In this document: in pieces, positions 63,154-64,000 of the stretch
How the letters are laid out: each line of letters opens with the position of its first letter
How positions within the stretch are numbered: the stretch's first letter is position 1
DNA from: a virus
Taxonomy: Duplodnaviria > Caudoviricetes
Length of the DNA: 64,000 nucleotides
Direction: 5' to 3' (one strand)
Virus record (IMG/VR): IMGVR_UViG_3300020049_006510
Coordinates: 6,049-70,048 of that record
The notes under the pieces: generated by a model
Databases searched by the model: none
The model's input: the letters and a program-made list of their open reading frames with translations, nothing else
Told to the model about the DNA's origin: nothing
Program-made: the position numbers and the translations under genes

Positions 63154-63806
63154 TGTTATACTCTTTAAAAATAAAAGGTGAAGAATTCAAAGTAGCAATT
63201 GCTGACTCTGAAGCATTACATTACAAAGGTTTATCTGGTCAAGAAAGATTAGGTAAAAGAAAAGGTTTATTATTCATATTTCCTGAAAAACAAGAAGTTA
63301 GAATGGTAATGCGTGATATGAATTTCCCTTTAGATTTTATTTATATAGCGAATAGTAAGATAGTGAAATTAGACTCTTTAGAAAACAAGTCTACTGAATC
63401 TAGTAATTCAGGCGAACCAGTACATTTAGTATTAGAGGTTAACAAAGGTATCATAGAAGAACTAGATTTAAAAGTGGGTGATATAATTACTTTCTCTCAA
63501 GAAATTGCAACCCATTACAAAGGAGTTAAAAAGTTTAAAGAAGGTGGAAAATTTGAAATGGTTGGTGACAAAGTTTACAAAGTAAAAGAAGACGACATTA
63601 AAATAGACACTTCTAAAATGCAGGTACTAGATGAAACTGGGACTGTTGTAGCTAATATAGAGTCAGGAGCGAGAATATTTAGTAGACAACATACTAAAAA
63701 GATTGTTGATCTCGTTAAATCTAAAAGCGAAGAAGAATTAGGTAAAGCAATAGTAGAGATTTATAATATACAAAATAAGCAAGGCCAAGAATACGTAGAG
63801 AAATAA
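63153..63806 (+). CDS. DUF192-domain protein fused to a cargo-type C-terminal domain
   Basis: AIADSE...KGLS...GLLFIF...MRDMNFPLDFIYI...VLEVNKG..GD DUF192 signature, then FKEGGK and ANIESGARIF. Confidence 0.75.
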   Translation: MLYSLKIKGEEFKVAIADSEALHYKGLSGQERLGKRKGLLFIFPEKQEVRMVMRDMNFPLDFIYIANSKIVKLDSLENKSTESSNSGEPVHLVLEVNKGIIEELDLKVGDIITFSQEIATHYKGVKKFKEGGKFEMVGDKVYKVKEDDIKIDTSKMQVLDETGTVVANIESGARIFSRQHTKKIVDLVKSKSEEELGKAIVEIYNIQNKQGQEYVEK

Positions 63807-64000
63807 TGTTACTAAAGTATAAAAATTTTAATACAAACATATTATCTGTAGATAACACTAAAGGCGGTGAATATCAACACAATAATTATGAGTATCTAGC
63901 TAGACAAAATCCTACTAAATTGGAGCCTAAAGAAAAAACTATGACTTCTACTGCTACTGAAGTATCGGAGGGTTCAGTGCCAGAAGGTTATAAATTAAAA
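63806..64000 (+). CDS. N-terminal part of a further cargo-region protein (truncated by the window)
   Basis: MLLKYKNF...TKGGEY...; coupled TAATG; open to the window end. Confidence 0.6.
   Translation, partial: MLLKYKNFNTNILSVDNTKGGEYQHNNYEYLARQNPTKLEPKEKTMTSTATEVSEGSVPEGYKLK

Noticed and set aside
1-64000. Stop-codon reassignment (TAG or TGA), known in some crAss-like phages
   Set aside because: Large genes are uninterrupted in code 11, several genes end in TAG with coupled downstream starts, and no suppressor tRNA was found.

Overview
This window is a 64-kb segment of a large AT-rich dsDNA bacteriophage with Crassvirales (crAss-like) gene order, read in the standard genetic code. The host is probably Bacteroidota: signal peptides end in A|Q, leaders are A-rich without Shine-Dalgarno sites, and TAnnTTTG promoter boxes occur. 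Positions 1-23.4 kb are a minus-strand accessory region of about 55 small genes, including a HAD hydrolase, an archaemetzincin, a GH73 glucosaminidase, an amidoligase, DUF3307, a deaminase, a frameshifted nucleotidyltransferase and many exported proteins. Interleaved with them (about 10.9-18.1 kb) is a dense non-coding RNA cluster: one canonical tRNA(CAT), three aberrant tRNA-like genes, a ~400-nt tmRNA-like RNA with a non-alanine acceptor stem and a 37-43 aa tag frame, an RNase P-like segment just upstream of it, a twister-like ribozyme and other structured segments. After a compositionally skewed divergence region (23.45-23.88 kb), the plus strand carries a GIY-YIG nuclease, a DEDDh exoribonuclease, a SET-domain protein and a metzincin. 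It then carries the packaging and virion module: TerL, tandem GroES, portal, scaffold-like protein, major and auxiliary capsid proteins, ring proteins, ferritin, muzzle, tail/fibre proteins and cargo proteins. A set of unrelated cargo-region proteins shares a short Y/F-x-x-G-G/K-K tag resembling a capsid-targeting signal. All calls come from motif recognition and hand base-pairing; no database searches or folding programs were run.
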